This document shows positions 39,479-49,779 of a stretch of DNA of 64,000 nucleotides, piece by piece (position 1 is the first letter of the stretch; each line of letters opens with the position of its first letter). Below the pieces are notes generated by a model. The model saw only the letters and a list, made by a program, of their open reading frames with translations. It was not told where the DNA came from and did not search any database. Both the position numbers and the translations under genes were made by a program. The stretch covers positions 8-64,007 of the forward strand of contig JBNKBE010000008.1 of assembly GCA_050287085.1 (NCBI GenBank). Reading direction: 5' to 3'. The DNA comes from Polyangiaceae bacterium (lineage in GTDB: Bacteria; Myxococcota_A; Polyangia; Polyangiales; Polyangiaceae).

Positions 39479-40914
39479 ACTGCGGTTTGCGCTTGGATGT
39501 GGCTCACGCATTTCGAGCGGCGGGGCACGCGTTGCGCTGGGACTTGCGGGGCATTTCCCCCAGTTACGATGTTCCCAGCACGAACGAGAAGCTGCAGAGA
39601 ATGCCCGCCGAGTTCGTTGTGGTGGAACCCGAACTCGGGGTTCGCTTGGATGCCAACTTGCCATTGGCGTCCGTCGTGGCGCTGCCGGTGGTGGCGCTTC
39701 TGTCACGAGCGCCGAGCCGCGCTGAGCTGCAATGGCTACGCCGGCAAGGTGTGACACTGGCGGTGGGACGCCCCTTCTCGGCTGACGAAATTCGGGGCGC
39801 TTTGGAGCTGCTGCGTGAGATCCGAGCCACGTCGGTGCGATGGGCGGAAGGAACCAACCTCGCCGAGCTGCTGACGTCGGTCAACCAGACCTCGATGCAG
39901 CAGGGGGCGCGGCGCATTGTGCATGTAGGGGCGTCACCTGCAGGGGCGATGCGTCTGGCTTTGAGCGCCCGCAGCTGGGAGCAGCGCATCAAGGAAGAAG
40001 CGCTGGGCCGCATCTACGTGGGGCCCAGCGGCATAGTCGCGGCGGAGTGGCCGGGGTTGGACGGGGTGCCTGCGTTGGCGAAAATGCTCAGCGTCGACCG
40101 CCCATTGCTGACGACCCAATCGTATCTGCTCGAGCCGCCTTCGGATGCGTTTCTCGGACCGACCGTGCACGCGTTGGCGGCGGCCCGAGAGCTACTGCCG
40201 CGATTGGCAAGTCGTCCTCCATCGCTGCAGATCGACCGACGTCAACACTTCATCTGGAGCGGCGAGGGGGACGCGGTCGAGCGAGACACGGACCTGTGCA
40301 GCCACGCGCCGGCGGGAGCTAGCGGGGGTGAGACGCTGGTTGAGCCCGGAGCAGAACCCGGATTGGAGCCGGAGAGCGACGATCAGAAGACCCCGGTACA
40401 AGTCCAAGCGGCCGTCGATCGAGCCAGGCCTACGTCAACGGCGATTGGCTCCGTGCAACGCTCGGCCGTGCCGTCGAGCGGGATCGCCAGTCGCGCTTGG
40501 CAACGCGGGCGCGCCGCGGATGCGCGCATTGCGTCGGTGCCTGCATCGACCCGTCCCAGCGAGGCACGAGCCGGTGAGCTGGCGAGCACGGCGATGGGAA
40601 TTGCGCAGGTGGTTGCGGCGTCGGAGCACGGCGAAGTTCTCGCTCATGCGGGTTCTGGAGGGGTGGATCAAGCCGAGGCATTTGCCATCGCGACGCAGGC
40701 CGTTCTGGCCGAATTGGCGCCGTTGGCTACGGAAACGGGGCTCGGTGATCTCTGTGGGTTCGGCACGTCACCGGAGGTGGGTGCGGCCGCCGCCTGTGAT
40801 GGACAATTCGTGATCGGGGCCCGAGGCGTTCGGGCCATGGATCCAAAGCGGGCGCTTGCGCACCTGCGCACTTGCCGGGCACGACTGCAGCGGGGCGAAA
40901 CCTTCTTCGAGTAG
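39454..40914 (+). CDS. Multi-domain protein: degenerate receiver-like, DUF4388/PATAN-like and C-terminal roadblock-like domains
   Basis: NLAELL...GRIYVGPSGIVAAEWPGLDGVPALAKML (PATAN-like); MGIAQVVAASEHGEVLA...GLG (roadblock-like). Confidence 0.55.
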   Translation: MAEKLRFVNCGLRLDVAHAFRAAGHALRWDLRGISPSYDVPSTNEKLQRMPAEFVVVEPELGVRLDANLPLASVVALPVVALLSRAPSRAELQWLRRQGVTLAVGRPFSADEIRGALELLREIRATSVRWAEGTNLAELLTSVNQTSMQQGARRIVHVGASPAGAMRLALSARSWEQRIKEEALGRIYVGPSGIVAAEWPGLDGVPALAKMLSVDRPLLTTQSYLLEPPSDAFLGPTVHALAAARELLPRLASRPPSLQIDRRQHFIWSGEGDAVERDTDLCSHAPAGASGGETLVEPGAEPGLEPESDDQKTPVQVQAAVDRARPTSTAIGSVQRSAVPSSGIASRAWQRGRAADARIASVPASTRPSEARAGELASTAMGIAQVVAASEHGEVLAHAGSGGVDQAEAFAIATQAVLAELAPLATETGLGDLCGFGTSPEVGAAAACDGQFVIGARGVRAMDPKRALAHLRTCRARLQRGETFFE

Positions 40915-41020
40915 GTGTGGACCCGAGCGCCGCCTGGCGTAGAGGCGCTCTGCGGCCTTCAGAAAGAGCCAAGCCGCGACTCGAGCGTGGGGTCTAAGGC
41001 GTGTGTTAGGCTATGGGCTG

Positions 41021-42175
41021 ATGAGCGAGTTGATCCGACGCCGGTCCTTTCCAGTTCCGGTCGAGCGCAGGAAGGTGGGCCAGCGGTCTTGGCGTTTTGG
41101 TTTGCTCGGCCCACCGCTCCTTCTCGCGGGGCTCGGGGGCGCGTGTTCGGCTGCACGCTCCGAGGCACCTGAGTTGGGGCAACCCGCAAGCGCTTCCGCC
41201 GCGGCAAGCCAAGTGTCGAGTGCAAGGTCTCGGGGGGGGCTCGCTTCGACCGCCGCCCACGCGTCCGTCGATGAGGGGCAAGCCGCGTTCGACACGCTGG
41301 AGCCGGCGGGCGCGGAGCGTGCCGTTGGGGAGACTCAAGCGAGTGGCGAGCCGTGTTTGGGGGCCGTCTGCTACCGCGTCGCTTCCGTAGCGCAGGCCCT
41401 TGAGTGGGTTCTGCGAAGCCAGCCGGCCATCTTAGGCATCGGTGAAGGCCACGCGCAGCAAGGCGCCTGCGCCGAGCCCACCGTTCAACGTTTCGAGCGT
41501 GAAGTGTTGCCGGTGCTAGCGGAACGCGGGGCGCGGGCCTTGGTGGTTGAATTGATCTCACCGCCCGCCCAGTGTCAAAGCGCGGTCAGCGACGTAGCAG
41601 CCGTGGAGCGGCGCGTTACCGAGACGCAGGCCTCCGAGAATAAGAGTGACTACGTTCATCTAGGACACGCAGCCAGGGCGCATGGCCTGGTGCCGTTTAT
41701 CTTGGAGCCGGACTGCACTGCGTTTCAGTCGGTTGTCAGCGCTCAAGACGACCGCATCGACCGCATGCTGCAGCTGATCGCAGAAGAGACGAAGACACGT
41801 CTCTTGCGCCTCTTCGAGCGAACTCGCCAGCAGAGCCCCAGTCCGCTGCTTCTGGCCTACGGTGGTGCGCTGCACAACGACCTGATACCGCGACCGGGAC
41901 GCGAGAAATGGAGTTTTGGTCCGCATCTTAGGGCGGCCAGCGAGGGGCGTTACGTCGAACTCGATCTGGTTGTTCCCGAGCAAATTCGAGATACAGAGGC
42001 TTGGCGGAATCAACCGTGGTTTGAGCCCTACCGCGCCGCGAGGGCCGCCCATCCGAGCGAGACCTCGGCTCTCGGAGTGGACGCGCCCTTGTGGCTCATT
42101 GAACACGCACCGGGCGCATTCGCCCTGTTCTTCTCGGGCAGTCCGAAGTGCACGCTGCCCGCGGCGGCGCCGTGA
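41021..42175 (+). CDS. Lipoprotein, possibly EreA/ChaN/TraB-GumN superfamily
   Basis: Lipobox LGGAC; LGIGEGH, LVVEL and YGGALH motifs. Confidence 0.55.
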   Translation: MSELIRRRSFPVPVERRKVGQRSWRFGLLGPPLLLAGLGGACSAARSEAPELGQPASASAAASQVSSARSRGGLASTAAHASVDEGQAAFDTLEPAGAERAVGETQASGEPCLGAVCYRVASVAQALEWVLRSQPAILGIGEGHAQQGACAEPTVQRFEREVLPVLAERGARALVVELISPPAQCQSAVSDVAAVERRVTETQASENKSDYVHLGHAARAHGLVPFILEPDCTAFQSVVSAQDDRIDRMLQLIAEETKTRLLRLFERTRQQSPSPLLLAYGGALHNDLIPRPGREKWSFGPHLRAASEGRYVELDLVVPEQIRDTEAWRNQPWFEPYRAARAAHPSETSALGVDAPLWLIEHAPGAFALFFSGSPKCTLPAAAP

Positions 42176-42206
42176 CGCGACCCGCTGGGCGCCGCCCCTC
42201 GAGCCT

Positions 42207-44864
42207 CTACGTCTTGGCTGGCTTCTCGGCGAGGACGGCATCGCGCACGGCGAAGCTACCGAGTTCCAGCGTGTCGTCGGCCAGGGTCGAGTGAGCGGCG
42301 ACCTTGGCGGCGAGCAGCACGTCGGAGAGGACGAGCGCGGCGGCCGCGAGGCTATCGGGGTGAGCGAGCAGGGTCAGACCCGTAACGCCTCGTCCCGCGG
42401 AGCCACCCAAGTCGGTCTTCGCCTTGTTGATCGCCGCAAAAGCGCTGGCCGCCAGGGCAAAAGAGGTGGGCTCCGCTGGAACACTCGCGTCGAGTTCCTC
42501 AACACTCGGCCAGGCCGCTCGATGAATGCTGCTCACACCCGTTTCCTGAGCGAAGCACCAACCCCAGATCTCGTCGGTGATGTAGGGCAGAATCGGGGCG
42601 AAGAGTCGCAGCAGCACCGAAAGGCCAAGCCGCAGGGTGCTCAGTGCGGAGCCTCGCGCGGAGGCTTCAACATCTTCGGCGGCCCAAGCTCGGGGCTTCG
42701 AAAGCTCGATATAGACATCGGTAAATTGAGACCAGAAGAAGGTTTCGGTCTGCTCTAGAGCCTGCGCGTAGCGGAATGCTTCAAGATGCTCCGTGACCGT
42801 TTCAACGAGTCCGCGCAGACGTGCGACGAAGGCACGGTCCAGTTCAGCCTCGATCGGGTGCAGCTCACCGCCCTGCGCCAGAACGAACTTGGCCGCATTG
42901 TATAACTTGGTGACCAGGCGCTTGCCGATCTTGAAGACCTGCGGGTCGAAGGCGGTGTCCGCGCCGAGCCGTGCGCTGGCTGCCCAATAGCGGACAGCGT
43001 CGACGCCCCACTCGTCCAGGAGCGCCGTGGGAACTACGACGTTTCCCTTGCTCTTGGACATCTTCTTGCGATCTGGATCGAGGATCCAGCCGGATATCAT
43101 CACGTGGTGCCACGGCACCTGGTTGTCGTGCAGCAGCGCCTTGGCGATAGTGTAGAACGCCCAGGTGCGGATGATCTCGTGGCTTTGGGGGCGAATGTCG
43201 GCCGGAAATAGCTTAGCGTGCCGAGCCGCGTCCAGGCCCCATTGAGAGCTGATCTGTGGCGTCAGCGAGCTTGTAAACCACGTGTCGAAGATATCCGGTT
43301 CACCCGTGAAGCCGCCTGGCTGGTCGCGAGTGGCTTCGGCATAGCCCGGCGGCGCGTCGGACATCGGGTCGATGGGGAGGCTTTGCGCATCCGGCACGAT
43401 CGGGTGTGCGTAGTCGATCTGACCGGAGCCATCGAGCGGATACCAAATGGGGATCGGGACCCCAAAGTAGCGCTGTCGGGAGACGCACCAATCGAGACCC
43501 AGGTTCTCGGTCCAGTCCCGGAAGCGCACGTGCATGAAGTCCGGGTGCCATTGAATCTGGGCGCCTTTTTCCAGGAGCTCTTTCTTCTTGTCCAGCAAGC
43601 GGACGAACCATTGCCTCGTGGATAAGATCTCTAGGGGGCGTTCCCCTTTTTCAAAGAACTTGACCTGGTGTTCGATGGGCTCAGGCTCCTTCTGAAGCGG
43701 TGCGCCTTTGCCGGTGGCGCTGCCGCGCTCTTCACGCAGCGCCGTGACGACGAGACTGCGCGCCGTACTGGTCGTCTTGCCGATGAGTGCGGCGTAGTAC
43801 TCGTTGGCGAGTTCCGGCTTCAACGAGGCGAAGTCACCCTCGCCGAAACGCACCTCGCGCAGTCGCCCGTCTTTGCCGAGCAGCTGCCGGAGCACGAGGT
43901 TCTGTTCGCGCCACCACAGTGCGTCTGTTTGGTCGCCGAAGGTACAGACCATGAGGATGCCTGTGCCCTTGCTCGGATCGGCAAGCGAGCTGGGAAAGAT
44001 GGGGACCGGGGCATGAAAGAGCGGTGTTACTGCGTTCTTGCCAAAGAGGTGGCGATAGCGTTCGTCGTCCGGGTGGGCCGTGACGCCCACACACGCCGGT
44101 AGCAGTTCCGGGCGGGTGGTTGCGATGACAAAGGATTCGCTGCTGCCTTCGACGGCGAACTCGATGTGGTGGTAGGCCGAGGGGCGCGGTCGGTCTTCGA
44201 CTTCCGCCTGGGCCACGGCGGTTTGGAAGTCGACGTCCCACATCGTCGGAGCCCACTTCTGATAGGCGTGCCCTTTGGTGAGCAAGTCGAGAAAGGAAGC
44301 CTGTGCTTGCTTGCGACAGTGGTCGTCGATGGTAGCGTAGGTCTGGCGCCAATCGACCGAAAGCCCAAGACGCCGAAACAGTGCCATGAAGGCCTGTTCA
44401 TCTACGGCGGTGAGCTGGTGGCAGAGTTCGATGAAGTTCTTGCGCGACAACAACTGCGGACGCTCCTTGAGCTCCGCCTTGGTCGCTTCCTGGAGCGCAA
44501 GGCCTTCAACGTAAGGCACTTGTGGCTCGCAGCGTACGTGATAGAAATTCTGCACGCGGCGTTCCGTGGGTAGACCATTGTCGTCCCAGCCCATGGGATA
44601 GAAGACGTTCACGCCACGCATTCGCTTGTAGCGGGCGATCAAGTCGGGGTGCGTGTAGGAGAAGACGTGACCGACGTGAAGCGAGCCGGACACCGTCGGC
44701 GGGGGCGTGTCGACAACAAAGGTCTCCTCGCGCGGCCGTGTCGGGTCGTAGTGGTACAGGCCTTCGGTCTGCCACAGGGCGTCCAGGCGCTGCTCCGCCA
44801 GCTGGCTGTCAAAGTGCTTGGGCAAGCGGTCCGGGTCGATCGTCGTTGCGTTTCGAGCGGTCAT
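42207..44864 (-). CDS. valS: Valine--tRNA ligase (short type lacking the C-terminal coiled coil)
   Basis: DTPPPTVSGSLHVGH, TTRPEL, DWCVSRQRYFG, KMSKSKGN. Confidence 0.95.
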   Translation of the reverse strand: MTARNATTIDPDRLPKHFDSQLAEQRLDALWQTEGLYHYDPTRPREETFVVDTPPPTVSGSLHVGHVFSYTHPDLIARYKRMRGVNVFYPMGWDDNGLPTERRVQNFYHVRCEPQVPYVEGLALQEATKAELKERPQLLSRKNFIELCHQLTAVDEQAFMALFRRLGLSVDWRQTYATIDDHCRKQAQASFLDLLTKGHAYQKWAPTMWDVDFQTAVAQAEVEDRPRPSAYHHIEFAVEGSSESFVIATTRPELLPACVGVTAHPDDERYRHLFGKNAVTPLFHAPVPIFPSSLADPSKGTGILMVCTFGDQTDALWWREQNLVLRQLLGKDGRLREVRFGEGDFASLKPELANEYYAALIGKTTSTARSLVVTALREERGSATGKGAPLQKEPEPIEHQVKFFEKGERPLEILSTRQWFVRLLDKKKELLEKGAQIQWHPDFMHVRFRDWTENLGLDWCVSRQRYFGVPIPIWYPLDGSGQIDYAHPIVPDAQSLPIDPMSDAPPGYAEATRDQPGGFTGEPDIFDTWFTSSLTPQISSQWGLDAARHAKLFPADIRPQSHEIIRTWAFYTIAKALLHDNQVPWHHVMISGWILDPDRKKMSKSKGNVVVPTALLDEWGVDAVRYWAASARLGADTAFDPQVFKIGKRLVTKLYNAAKFVLAQGGELHPIEAELDRAFVARLRGLVETVTEHLEAFRYAQALEQTETFFWSQFTDVYIELSKPRAWAAEDVEASARGSALSTLRLGLSVLLRLFAPILPYITDEIWGWCFAQETGVSSIHRAAWPSVEELDASVPAEPTSFALAASAFAAINKAKTDLGGSAGRGVTGLTLLAHPDSLAAAALVLSDVLLAAKVAAHSTLADDTLELGSFAVRDAVLAEKPAKT

Positions 44865-44967
44865 GAGGTGTCGCCTCATACCCAAATTGCCGATCCAAGA
44901 CGACCCTCTTCACATCACCGGGCCGGCCCGTTCGACGTGGGTGCAAGCGGCGATGCAAGCGGGCGCG

Positions 44968-46977
44968 CTATCGGATCTTGGGCGAACTCGGCCAAGACCC
45001 TCTGCGACGTCGCAGTCCCGCAGCGCAGAGGCTGGCGGCCAGCAGCAGCGATGGGCCGAGCGCGGAACTGGCTCCGACGGCCGCGCTACAGCTGGCGGCG
45101 GCTCTTGGCGGCGGGAGATCGACCTGACGGCGGGCGGCTTCAGGGGCCAAGTACTGCGGGGTGCCGGCGTCGCGGTCCAAGGTGTCCAGCGGGGGATCGA
45201 GGCGGGCGCTAGGACCCGCGACCGTGGCATCGGGCGTCTCGAATTGCGGGGGGGCGTCGTCGGTGAGCGGCTCTGGCGGGTCGTTCATCCAGGGCTCGAG
45301 AGGCTTGGCCTTCGGCTCGTCGTCGTCGCCCGGAGTGGCGCCGGCGGGCTGCTCAGGGGGCGCGGGTGCGCCGGCGTCTTCGGGCACTTGTTGTGGCTCG
45401 GCTGGGGCGGGCTCCGGAGCGGGGCCGGCGTCCGGCGTAGCGCTCGGGGCCGGGGTCGTGGTCGGTGGTTCGGGCGCTGGCGGCTCCGGGATTGTGCCGG
45501 GCAGGCCACCGTCAGAGGCAGCTGGGGGCTGCGGGAGGGGGGGCGCGGACGCGTCCGCTCCAGGCTGGGGGGCTGAGGTGCCGCTGGGAGGGAGGGGTGC
45601 CGCGGCCGCCCAGCCCAGGTCAAGGAGTGCTCCAACCGCCACGCCCAGGGACGGGATGCCCGTTCCGAGAATCGGTTCCATCAGCAGCTCCGACGATGCG
45701 GGAGGGGCCACCGCCAGCTGCGCGATCGGCGCCCAGTGGGAGACGGACGAACCCGGCTGGACGGGAAAGGGGGTGTGGAGGAGCAAGCGCCCGTCGGAGC
45801 CTCGACCTCGGGCTTGCGGTGCCGCAAAGAGCCGTACAACGGCGGAACCGGTGGCCATCCCATCTCGGAGTCTGGCGCCATCGTCTGCGGTGAGTCGCAA
45901 GGCTGGAATGGAGACGGTGCTAGCACCGAGCATGCCGCCGGGGGGAGAGGCCGCTACGATATTGTGGATTAGGGCCGCCGCGCCTCCCGCGTCTTCGACG
46001 TGGCTCACCTTCGTGACGAAAGAGCAATCGCCGCGTGCGACCAGGACGACGCTACCCGGTGCAACCGGGGTGATCGGCTCACAGGCGGTCGCCGGCTCGG
46101 CAGCGACCAATGTTCCCACTACCTCCCGCTCGTGAAGACTCGGCCCAAAGCTGGCCGTGTCGACCACGCCTGTGAAACCCGGGGGCGTTGGGGTCACCGC
46201 GAGCGCTGCTGTCCAGGTCTCCAAACTGCTGGCCGCGGCGTTGGCGAGCTCTCCCGTCCAAACCACGCGCCGCGTATTGGTAGCGGAGCGGGCCCTCTGG
46301 TTCTGGTCGAGCGAAGGCCAGGCGAGGCCCGCGTCCAGGTCAAAGATGCGTCGAGAAAATGCGTCGGGGGTTGCGCCGAGGAACGAGCCGGACGTCTCAT
46401 CGACGTAGCTGGCGACTCCGAGCCCGTGTCCGAGCTCGTGGAGGGCGACCGCGAGGAGGTCGATGGTGCCGGGAGGGGGTTGATGGTCGAGCCCGTAGTA
46501 GAAGCGCGCACCGGGCAGGCAGTCGTCGGTGTCCACCAGGGCATTGAACTGAGCGATGATGTCAGCCTCGCCCGGATCGAGGTCAGCCCCTGCGAGGCTG
46601 TCTGCCAGGGCGCCCGGGTACCAGGTATTCGTTTCCGCGACTCCGCTGAAGTTGCGAAACACCATGGTGGCGCCCGCTGAGCCGAGCACGACTGAGTTGG
46701 AGCAGGGCAGCGACGCGAAACTCGCGTCGAAGTGTATCGCTACTTCCGACTGAAGCTGCTCACTCCAGCGGCGCGCCGCCTCGAGCAGCACGTTGCGCCG
46801 CTGCTCGCCCAGGGTGGCGCCGGTGTTTCCGCCTTCCGCTCGGGTTGCTTGCGGGTCGTTCAACCCTTGTCCGTCAGGGTCGAGATCGTGTAGCTCGAAC
46901 GTGACCCCGGCGCGGGCCGCGAACGACAGGCTGACGAAGAGAAGAGTCGCCGCATTGAGAAGGCGCTTCGCTACCAC
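44968..46977 (-). CDS. Secreted zinc metallopeptidase with PA domain and MYXO-CTERM tag
   Basis: Signal peptide, HELGHGLG, PA domain (LVARGDCSFVTKV), SHW, LMEP, Pro-rich stalk, ASCSA...hydrophobic...RRRR tail. Confidence 0.85.
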   Translation of the reverse strand: MVAKRLLNAATLLFVSLSFAARAGVTFELHDLDPDGQGLNDPQATRAEGGNTGATLGEQRRNVLLEAARRWSEQLQSEVAIHFDASFASLPCSNSVVLGSAGATMVFRNFSGVAETNTWYPGALADSLAGADLDPGEADIIAQFNALVDTDDCLPGARFYYGLDHQPPPGTIDLLAVALHELGHGLGVASYVDETSGSFLGATPDAFSRRIFDLDAGLAWPSLDQNQRARSATNTRRVVWTGELANAAASSLETWTAALAVTPTPPGFTGVVDTASFGPSLHEREVVGTLVAAEPATACEPITPVAPGSVVLVARGDCSFVTKVSHVEDAGGAAALIHNIVAASPPGGMLGASTVSIPALRLTADDGARLRDGMATGSAVVRLFAAPQARGRGSDGRLLLHTPFPVQPGSSVSHWAPIAQLAVAPPASSELLMEPILGTGIPSLGVAVGALLDLGWAAAAPLPPSGTSAPQPGADASAPPLPQPPAASDGGLPGTIPEPPAPEPPTTTPAPSATPDAGPAPEPAPAEPQQVPEDAGAPAPPEQPAGATPGDDDEPKAKPLEPWMNDPPEPLTDDAPPQFETPDATVAGPSARLDPPLDTLDRDAGTPQYLAPEAARRQVDLPPPRAAASCSAAVGASSALGPSLLLAASLCAAGLRRRRGSWPSSPKIR

Positions 46978-47417
46978 GTGCTATCCTCTCCGGGTGGCGG
47001 CGCAAGCGAAGGCGCCTCGGCTGGGAGCGATTGGGCCGGGAGTGGTTTAGCGTTCCGATCGTCGGCGGGTTCGCTCTTCCAGTGGAGGGAGGGGGCATCG
47101 CTGCTCGTCAGCTTGTCCGCCAGACGGTGGGTCGCCGCGGCCAATAGTTCCCGGCGGACCCGGGGCGCTAGGTCTTCCGTTGTCACAACCGATTGGAAGC
47201 GGCCGCTCAACGCCAGCTGGTTGGCCTCTTTCACCACAGCGGGTTCGGCTGTAGGAAGGCGGCGGCTCTGGCGCTCTTCAACCGGCACCGTCAGCCCGAT
47301 GGGCTTTGGGTGAGAGGCGCGTTCAAAGCGAGGTGCCGTTGCGTCGTCGCGATGGGAACAAGCTCCCAGCAGCGACGCAGAAAGTAGGCAACAATAAGCG
47401 GTTCGGACGCGAGCCAT
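46971..47417 (-). CDS. Hypothetical lipoprotein
   Basis: Lipobox LLGAC; overlaps the peptidase start. Confidence 0.6.
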   Translation of the reverse strand: MARVRTAYCCLLSASLLGACSHRDDATAPRFERASHPKPIGLTVPVEERQSRRLPTAEPAVVKEANQLALSGRFQSVVTTEDLAPRVRRELLAAATHRLADKLTSSDAPSLHWKSEPADDRNAKPLPAQSLPAEAPSLAPPPGEDSTW

Positions 47418-47519
47418 CGCTCCATGAACGGCTTGACGACGGGATGCTTGAACTCAGGCTCCTGCGCTTCCTAGGCAGGGCGCCTCCGCGGGGTGTGTTC
47501 CGCGGGCGACAAGCGGCGA

Positions 47520-48098
47520 CTATCCGATGATATTCAGGCGCTGCAGGCGCGTGAGGGCCGCGAGCACCGAAGCGTCGGTGTCGATGGCGGGCAGCTGCGA
47601 TAGGCGCACCCAGCGGGCGTCGAGCGCGTCCGAGCCCGGTCTGGGCTCAGCGTCTCGACTGCAGAAGACATAACGCACATCGAAGTGTTCGTGGCTGGCT
47701 TCGTGGCGTTCGTCGCCGGGGGCGCCGCGCGGAGGGATCGCGTGGATATCGAGATGCACTATGTCCTGCGACAAAGGCGACAGATCCGAAAGGCCCGTTT
47801 CCTCGCGGGCTTCGCGGGTGGCTGCGGCCAGCAGTGACGGATCACTGCTGTCGATGTGCCCTCCGGGCTGCAGCCAACGCCCCAGCTTGGAGTGAAAGAT
47901 GAGCAGCAGGTGTTCAGCCGATGGGGATATTACGAAGGCTGAGGCCGTGATGTGCCCCGGCGCGCATTGCTTCCGATCAAAAGGCGTATCAGTAGCGGCC
48001 ACGAGGTCTAGGGTGCGAGAGACAATCGTTCTGTCCGGGGCTGGCTGCGCGCTGCCGTAGCGCTCGATTTGGAGTAGCGCTTGTGCCCGGTCGATCAT
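47520..48098 (-). CDS. NUDIX hydrolase
   Basis: GHITAS, WLQPGGH, AATREAREETGL, HFDVRY. Confidence 0.9.
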   Translation of the reverse strand: MIDRAQALLQIERYGSAQPAPDRTIVSRTLDLVAATDTPFDRKQCAPGHITASAFVISPSAEHLLLIFHSKLGRWLQPGGHIDSSDPSLLAAATREAREETGLSDLSPLSQDIVHLDIHAIPPRGAPGDERHEASHEHFDVRYVFCSRDAEPRPGSDALDARWVRLSQLPAIDTDASVLAALTRLQRLNIIG

Positions 48099-48135
48099 GG
48101 TGCTTCCTTAACACGCGTCGCTGTGAGCGGGAACG

Positions 48136-48612
48136 CTACGTCGCGGCGGGGGGGAGGACCACGAGCCGCTGCGAGAGGCCATCCTCGGCCCAGATGACGT
48201 CGCTGAACACAGCTTCGATGATGCCTTGCCCCATGCCCCCAGCGCTCGGCGTGTTGGGAAGTTTCCCCTGGCGCGCCTCTGGAGGGCAGGGCGTGCCGGT
48301 CCAAGCTAGGAGCAGCTCCATTCGAGGACCGCTTTCCAAGACCTTCAGCGTCACCGTACCTCCGCGACGACTCGATGGCGGAGCAAGGGAGCGCCGTCGT
48401 ACTTCATCAAGGTAGGCGGATAGGTCTTCTTCGCGACCGTCGGACGTCACGCCCAATACGCCGTGCACGAGCGCGTTGGTGATCGCCTCTGTCAAGCCGA
48501 GTTCGAGCAAGCCCGGGTCGACCCAAGTGGGCGCTCTAGCCATCACCCAGGCGACCCCGCGGGGGATCTCGTCGAGCTGCGTGCTCAGCGTGATGACGTC
48601 CGCGCCTTTCAT
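48136..48612 (-). CDS. RsbW-like anti-sigma factor / ATP-binding protein
   Basis: ELGLTEAITNALVHG N-box; GGMGQGII; ATGA overlap with the phosphatase. Confidence 0.75.
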   Translation of the reverse strand: MKGADVITLSTQLDEIPRGVAWVMARAPTWVDPGLLELGLTEAITNALVHGVLGVTSDGREEDLSAYLDEVRRRSLAPPSSRRGGTVTLKVLESGPRMELLLAWTGTPCPPEARQGKLPNTPSAGGMGQGIIEAVFSDVIWAEDGLSQRLVVLPPAAT

Positions 48613-49733
48613 GTTCGCTCCAGCACGATCAAGGTGGCATCGTCGGCAATGCTCGGACCTTGGATGCTTGTTAGGTGCTGTTCGAGCTCCAAGCTGGTCC
48701 AGCTCTGGACTTGAGGCTCATTCAGTCGAAAACGGGAGATGGTCCCGCGCGTGTCGTCCGGTGTGGAAAAGGGTTCCGTTAGACCGTCGCTTACGATGAT
48801 CACACGGTCGCCCTGGGTCACTGTGAGCTCGATCACGTTGTACTCTGCGTCCCGGAACATTCCTGGGGGAAATCCGCAGCCGGCTACTTCTGTAGCGTTG
48901 CCGTTGGTGCTCATGACGACCACTGGTGGTAAGCCGGCGTTGACAATGCGCACGCGATCGTTGTTGGTCTCGACGACGGCTAGGCAAGCGTATTTCCCGA
49001 GTTCGCGATCGACCATGCGGTTGTTCAGGATTGCGATGGCTTCCTGCAACGGGTATTGCCCAAGCAGATTGCGAAGCCCTATCCGCGTTTCAGCGGCCAC
49101 CAATGCGGAGGCCGTGCCATGGCCAGATACGTCGATGAGGGTTGTGAAGCGCTGGCCATTGGCTGCGCCGAAGAGGTCGAACACGTCGCCGGCAACCTGA
49201 CCCGAGGGGACGACTCCGCCCATAGCGGTCCAGCCCGGCCATGCTGCGGGCATGCTCGGTAGCTGCGCGCGCTGCACGGCCTGAGCTTCCGCGAGTTCTA
49301 GTCGTAGTGCATCTCGTTCGCTGGCCGCGCCAGCCGCGATGTGATCGGCTCGCGCCTTGATGATCGAACGGATCCGGGCCAATAGGATGCGAGAATCGAC
49401 GGGCTTGTTGATGTAGTCGTCGGCGCCTGCGGCTAGCGCGGTATCGATGTCGTCCGATTCAACCGACGCGGTGAGCACGATGATGGGCAAGTCCTCGGTT
49501 TCGGGACGAGCCCGCAGCAGACGTATTACCTCACCCCCGTTCATTCCTGGCATCATGTAGTCGAGCAGCATCAGACTCGGCAACTTGGCGCCAACGGCCG
49601 CTAGCGCGTCCGCGCCGTTCTTCGCTTTGCGTACCATGAACCCGGCGCGAGCCAACAACGTGCCGTACAGCAGGAGATTGCTGTCGCTGTCGTCGACGAC
49701 CAGGATTTCGTGTTGTGCTGAGACTATTTCCAC
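48609..49733 (-). CDS. Response regulator with SpoIIE/RsbU PP2C phosphatase domain
   Basis: REC (VVDD, LLDYMMP, KP) plus GDVFD, DVSGHG, SDG, DDAT; GTG start at 49733. Confidence 0.92.
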   Translation of the reverse strand: MEIVSAQHEILVVDDSDSNLLLYGTLLARAGFMVRKAKNGADALAAVGAKLPSLMLLDYMMPGMNGGEVIRLLRARPETEDLPIIVLTASVESDDIDTALAAGADDYINKPVDSRILLARIRSIIKARADHIAAGAASERDALRLELAEAQAVQRAQLPSMPAAWPGWTAMGGVVPSGQVAGDVFDLFGAANGQRFTTLIDVSGHGTASALVAAETRIGLRNLLGQYPLQEAIAILNNRMVDRELGKYACLAVVETNNDRVRIVNAGLPPVVVMSTNGNATEVAGCGFPPGMFRDAEYNVIELTVTQGDRVIIVSDGLTEPFSTPDDTRGTISRFRLNEPQVQSWTSLELEQHLTSIQGPSIADDATLIVLERT

Positions 49734-49779
49734 CGACTTACAACGGCCAACGGCCGGCTGCGGGAATTCTTCAAGCCGA

